This document shows positions 60,916-64,000 of a stretch of 64,000 nt of DNA, one piece after another. The notes beneath the pieces are model-generated. The model saw nothing but the letters and a program-made list of their open reading frames with translations, was not told where the DNA came from and did no database searches. Position 1 is the first letter of the stretch. Each line of letters begins with the position of its first letter. The stretch is from a virus. The stretch lies in the UHGV virus genome UHGV-0117634, one strand, 5' to 3'. Both the position numbers and the translations under genes were made by a program.

Positions 60916-61028
60916 TTATCTATAAAGAATCTTTTAAGTGAATCCCTTTAGATAAACCCCTCGAACAAATGTACTATTGTCAAGGGGCAATGTCAACAGT
61001 TTTTTCAAAGAATTTTGTAAGTTGTTGA

Positions 61029-61370
61029 TTAGCTTATAAAGATTTTTTCAGGCTTGACGTAGGTTAATGCTTGTTTTTTAAGCAAATCAGACCAAATCAA
61101 AGCGGCAATGTGACTATAGCCCTTTTCTCTTAGTTCCCGCATAGCTTCTTTGCGAGTCTCAAAACGTGTAGCATAGTATTCAGTGTTAAGTGTAGTTTTG
61201 TTCCCTTCATTGTCAACATGCACAACCTGCATTACTTGGAAAGGGCTTACATCTTCCCCCCTGTTCCATTGCTCAAAGTATTTGAGGCATTGCATAGGTG
61301 TCATTTTGTCGCTTACTTGAGTGGACCAAGATGAATTCTCTTTATCAGTAATGACTGTTACGTATGCCAT
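61029..61370 (-). CDS. hypothetical protein (early array)
   Basis: ORF track, 113 aa. Confidence 0.5.
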   Translation of the reverse strand: MAYVTVITDKENSSWSTQVSDKMTPMQCLKYFEQWNRGEDVSPFQVMQVVHVDNEGNKTTLNTEYYATRFETRKEAMRELREKGYSHIAALIWSDLLKKQALTYVKPEKIFIS

Positions 61371-61432
61371 TTTTAGATTCTCCAGTTTAGGATTGTTGGG
61401 GCTTGCTTGCCCCGTTGATAAGTACTTTACTT
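61371..61432 (-). promoter_or_regulatory. Conserved upstream cassette 4
   Basis: Core plus hairpin GGGGCTTGCTTGCCCC plus GTACTTT element. Confidence 0.4.
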
Positions 61433-61452
61433 GTTTTGATTTTCAGTGTCAA

Positions 61453-61683
61453 TCATTTTTCTATGATTATTTCATATTGACCATCGACACTATCAAAATA
61501 AATTCCGTCATCATCTTCTGATTTGAAGTAACATTGTATATCATCGCTTTTTGGGTAGTCAAGCCTTGCAATTTGGCAAGCCTCTATAGCATTTTCTTTA
61601 CTTCCTGTAAACTCTTCAAGTCCTTTGAAGTCCCATTCAGTACCATTTGACAAGGAAAGAATAAGATAGATTGTTGTAAGCAT
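61453..61683 (-). CDS. hypothetical small protein (early array)
   Basis: ORF track, 76 aa; AGAGG SD; different upstream element. Confidence 0.45.
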   Translation of the reverse strand: MLTTIYLILSLSNGTEWDFKGLEEFTGSKENAIEACQIARLDYPKSDDIQCYFKSEDDDGIYFDSVDGQYEIIIEK

Positions 61684-61701
61684 GTTTTAAGCCTCTTGTA
61701 A

Positions 61702-61722
61702 GCCCCTGTGCGGGGCTTTTTT
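61702..61722 (+). terminator. Plus-strand-oriented hairpin plus T-run inside the minus-strand array (antisense terminator?)
   Basis: GCCCC-TGTGC-GGGGC followed by TTTTTT on the plus strand. Confidence 0.35.
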
Positions 61723-61746
61723 AGTTAACTAATAAGATTCTATAGA

Positions 61747-62304
61747 TTATGCTTCAAAGTCGCTTAGATTGCTTTCTACGACGTTGGATTGCATAGTCTC
61801 GAAAATGTCACAATAAACATTATTCATTTCATCGCTACGTTGTACCATTGCTGCAATGTTGCGTAATTCATCCGGTACATACCCAAGGTTACGATTTTGT
61901 AAAGATGGTACAAAAAACGGGGCATACATAGCATTGAATTCAGTTGTGTAAAGCTTTTTAATCCAAGATTTATCAAAGTGTTCTGTAAAACTTGCTACGT
62001 CGCTCATATTCTCACAACTCCAGTCATCTTGTAAATCTTCGTCTGGAATGTCAAGCTCTAAGATAACGATATTCTGTGATTTCATTTGAAACGCTGCTGT
62101 AATACTTGCGCTATCCAGAGCATTTTTTATACCCTCATCAGTGATTTGTTCTGCGTCCATATCTTCTACATCATAGAACTTGCTAACAGGGTAAACATAA
62201 AAACACCCATCACTATCAGAGCAATTCCAAGCCCCTGAAGGTTTTTCTCCACCACTTAGCAGGTTTGCAAAGTTTTCTTGAGTAGTTCCGTGAAAGCATT
62301 TCAT
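61747..62304 (-). CDS. hypothetical protein (early array)
   Basis: ORF track, 185 aa. Confidence 0.5.
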   Translation of the reverse strand: MKCFHGTTQENFANLLSGGEKPSGAWNCSDSDGCFYVYPVSKFYDVEDMDAEQITDEGIKNALDSASITAAFQMKSQNIVILELDIPDEDLQDDWSCENMSDVASFTEHFDKSWIKKLYTTEFNAMYAPFFVPSLQNRNLGYVPDELRNIAAMVQRSDEMNNVYCDIFETMQSNVVESNLSDFEA

Positions 62305-62365
62305 TTTAGAATCTCCAGTTTAGGATTGTTGGGGCTTGCTTGCCCCGTTGATGAGTACTTTAATA
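62305..62365 (-). promoter_or_regulatory. Conserved upstream cassette 5
   Basis: Core plus hairpin GGGGCTTGCTTGCCCC plus GAGTACTTT. Confidence 0.4.
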
Positions 62366-62387
62366 TATCTAAAATCAGTGTCAAACG

Positions 62388-62406
62388 TTTTTTTTTTTTT
62401 TTTTTT
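62388..62406. repeat. Homopolymeric T19 tract (A19 on the coding strand) overlapping the stop of 62405..62806
   Basis: 19 consecutive T directly visible. Confidence 0.8.
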
Positions 62407-62806
62407 AAAGTTCTGCGTAAATTGTGTCACAGATATCTTCAAAATCTTGTTTAGACAAATTACGTTGTAACCATGTAGCAAAGAAATCAGCAATTGCAAA
62501 ATTAGCGTCGAAATCTACAGATAGCCACACTTTAACAGCAAATCGAAACATTTTCAAGTCTAATTCCTTATTAAGGACTTTTGACTTTGCCAGCATTTCA
62601 GCCATTTCATATTGTGCGCCGTCAAGTGTAGCACCATTTGCAACGTTTGCAAGAGAATTTTTGATGTTTTCAACGTCTAAAATTACACCTTGAATTTTAC
62701 CAATAATATTATGCAGTGTCTCATCAGGTGCAGTTGATGTGATAGAGTTAATACGGTTTACGGTCAAGCGTGCTTTCAGAATTGCGATATCTTTATTTGT
62801 AGCCAT
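62405..62806 (-). CDS. hypothetical protein (early array)
   Basis: ORF track, 133 aa. Confidence 0.5.
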   Translation of the reverse strand: MATNKDIAILKARLTVNRINSITSTAPDETLHNIIGKIQGVILDVENIKNSLANVANGATLDGAQYEMAEMLAKSKVLNKELDLKMFRFAVKVWLSVDFDANFAIADFFATWLQRNLSKQDFEDICDTIYAEL

Positions 62807-62892
62807 TTTTGAATCTCCAGTTTAGGTTAGTGATAAAGTTCTTTATCTGGGGCTTATCTTATCGAACTATAAACCCCATGTAAAGTACTTTG
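62807..62892 (-). promoter_or_regulatory. Conserved upstream cassette 6 (long variant) with perfect palindrome AAAGTACTTT
   Basis: Variant B: AGTGATAAA...CTGGGGCT...AACCCC plus GTAAAGTACTTTG. Confidence 0.4.
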
Positions 62893-63165
62893 TTAAGCAA
62901 GATGTAACTTTTTACCGTTAACAATAATGTAACTTACTCCACTATTACTGTAAACATCTTGATAAATTCTGCGTAACTTGCCTAAATATCGAACTTTCCA
63001 AGATGTAGGAATTTTCTTCCCGTATCCGGTAGCGGTTTTCTGTAAACCTGCTACTTGCCAATCTAATAAATGTTGCTCCGCTTGCAAGTCTTCAAAGTTT
63101 AATACACCGTCTACATAGTGCTTTAAAATTACGTTTAAAGTGCGGCCATTGTTAGTTGCAAACAT
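62893..63165 (-). CDS. hypothetical small protein (early array)
   Basis: ORF track, 90 aa. Confidence 0.45.
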   Translation of the reverse strand: MFATNNGRTLNVILKHYVDGVLNFEDLQAEQHLLDWQVAGLQKTATGYGKKIPTSWKVRYLGKLRRIYQDVYSNSGVSYIIVNGKKLHLA

Positions 63166-63260
63166 CTTTGAATCTCCAGTTTAGGATTGTTGGGGCTTGC
63201 TTGCCCCGTTGATGAGTACTTTACTTATTTTGGTTTGGTCTTGCAAGTACTTTTTAAAAC
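63166..63260 (-). promoter_or_regulatory. Conserved upstream cassette 7 with candidate promoter TTGCAA-N17-TAAAGT
   Basis: Read on minus strand; both promoter hexamers overlap AGTACT palindromes. Confidence 0.4.
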
Positions 63261-63584
63261 TTATTTTCGTTTGCTTATTTCTTGAACGATAACAGGATAA
63301 TAATCTTTTAAATCAGTGACTTGTAAAGCTTCTAATAACGCATTGTAACTATTAATAAGTTGATAATCACCGTTTAAAATGTCTTGTATCTTGTACATGT
63401 TTACACTGTATCGAAAACTCATCTCTAAACGTTCCAACTGACTAGCGTCTAAACGCTCTAGGAAGCCCGTTACAAGATTATTTTTAACCTGTAGTGTAGT
63501 TGCATCACTTGCCAGCTTATGCGCCTGATAAGCCTTATAGAGTGCGACAATTGAAATCAGAATTGCAATGCCAGATAGTAACAT
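63261..63584 (-). CDS. hypothetical membrane protein (early array)
   Basis: 107 aa; N-terminal hydrophobic helix; start 4 nt after upstream stop with AAGGAAAG SD. Confidence 0.45.
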   Translation of the reverse strand: MLLSGIAILISIVALYKAYQAHKLASDATTLQVKNNLVTGFLERLDASQLERLEMSFRYSVNMYKIQDILNGDYQLINSYNALLEALQVTDLKDYYPVIVQEISKRK

Positions 63585-63588
63585 TTTA

Positions 63589-63876
63589 TTACTTTCCTTT
63601 ATGTGACAGTTTACCAGTGTGACTAATTTCGAATGAATCTATCATATCTTTTGTGGATTTAATAACAGATTTGTTAGTGTTATCATAAATATCCACCTGA
63701 AGCAATGGCTTTTTATATCCTTTTGTGTAATTCCATACACAAATCACAACTTCTTTACCATTAATCTTTCCATGATACCATTCCATAACATCTTGTGAAC
63801 GTCTATGGGACTCAATAAAGGAAATGTTTTGTAGTAGTTGGCTTAATTTTGAGCGTACATTAGCAGCAATTTTCAT
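63589..63876 (-). CDS. hypothetical protein (early array)
   Basis: ORF track, 95 aa. Confidence 0.45.
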   Translation of the reverse strand: MKIAANVRSKLSQLLQNISFIESHRRSQDVMEWYHGKINGKEVVICVWNYTKGYKKPLLQVDIYDNTNKSVIKSTKDMIDSFEISHTGKLSHKGK

Positions 63877-63965
63877 TTTAGATTCTCCAGTTTAGGATTG
63901 TTTAGTGATAAATCTCTTTATCTGGGGCTATCTTATCAGCCTGATAACCCCATGTAAAGTACTTT
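63877..63965 (-). promoter_or_regulatory. Conserved upstream cassette 8 (long variant) with perfect palindrome AAAGTACTTT
   Basis: Near-identical to cassette 6. Confidence 0.4.
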
Positions 63966-64000
63966 ATTAGTTAATTTCAAAGATTGTTACATAGCCATCA

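Overview
This window reads as a tailed dsDNA phage genome segment with mosaic ancestry; every call below is from hand reading of the sequence and the ORF track, with no searches run. Layout: (1) 27-8765, minus strand, replication and nucleotide metabolism (primase-helicase, SSB-like protein, FEN-type 5'-3' exonuclease, T4-type dNMP kinase, MazG-like and GIY-YIG-like proteins); (2) 9026-18156, plus strand, family A DNA polymerase, small proteins including a lipoprotein, ATP-dependent DNA ligase, DHFR and thymidylate synthase; (3) 18193-41969, minus strand, a complete structural module with a lambda-like head (large terminase, portal, S49 protease, decoration protein, gpE-like capsid) and a contractile tail (sheath, tube, tape measure, baseplate, two His-rich tail fibers); (4) 42189-47673, minus strand, a cluster of about 26 T-arm-bearing tRNA genes, about 20 of which fold canonically, interrupted by an HNH endonuclease and two other CDS; (5) 47839-49254, a Ro60/Rsr-like protein with its own promoter directly upstream of the tRNA operon; (6) 50089-57952, plus strand, mostly unknown proteins plus an Ig-like repeat protein and a T4-type lysozyme; (7) 57953-59660, a 1.6 kb non-coding, repeat-dense, strand-skewed region between convergent terminators; (8) 59664-64000, minus strand, an array of small genes each preceded by a conserved upstream cassette. 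The strongest candidate for an undescribed system is the Rsr-like protein together with four bipartite structured RNA elements in the tRNA spacers, one of which encloses a tRNA-like T-arm (Y-RNA/YrlA-like architecture). Hand-derived coordinates (tRNAs, motifs, promoters) are approximate to about 2 nt; for two ORFs my hand indexing was 1 nt off the track.
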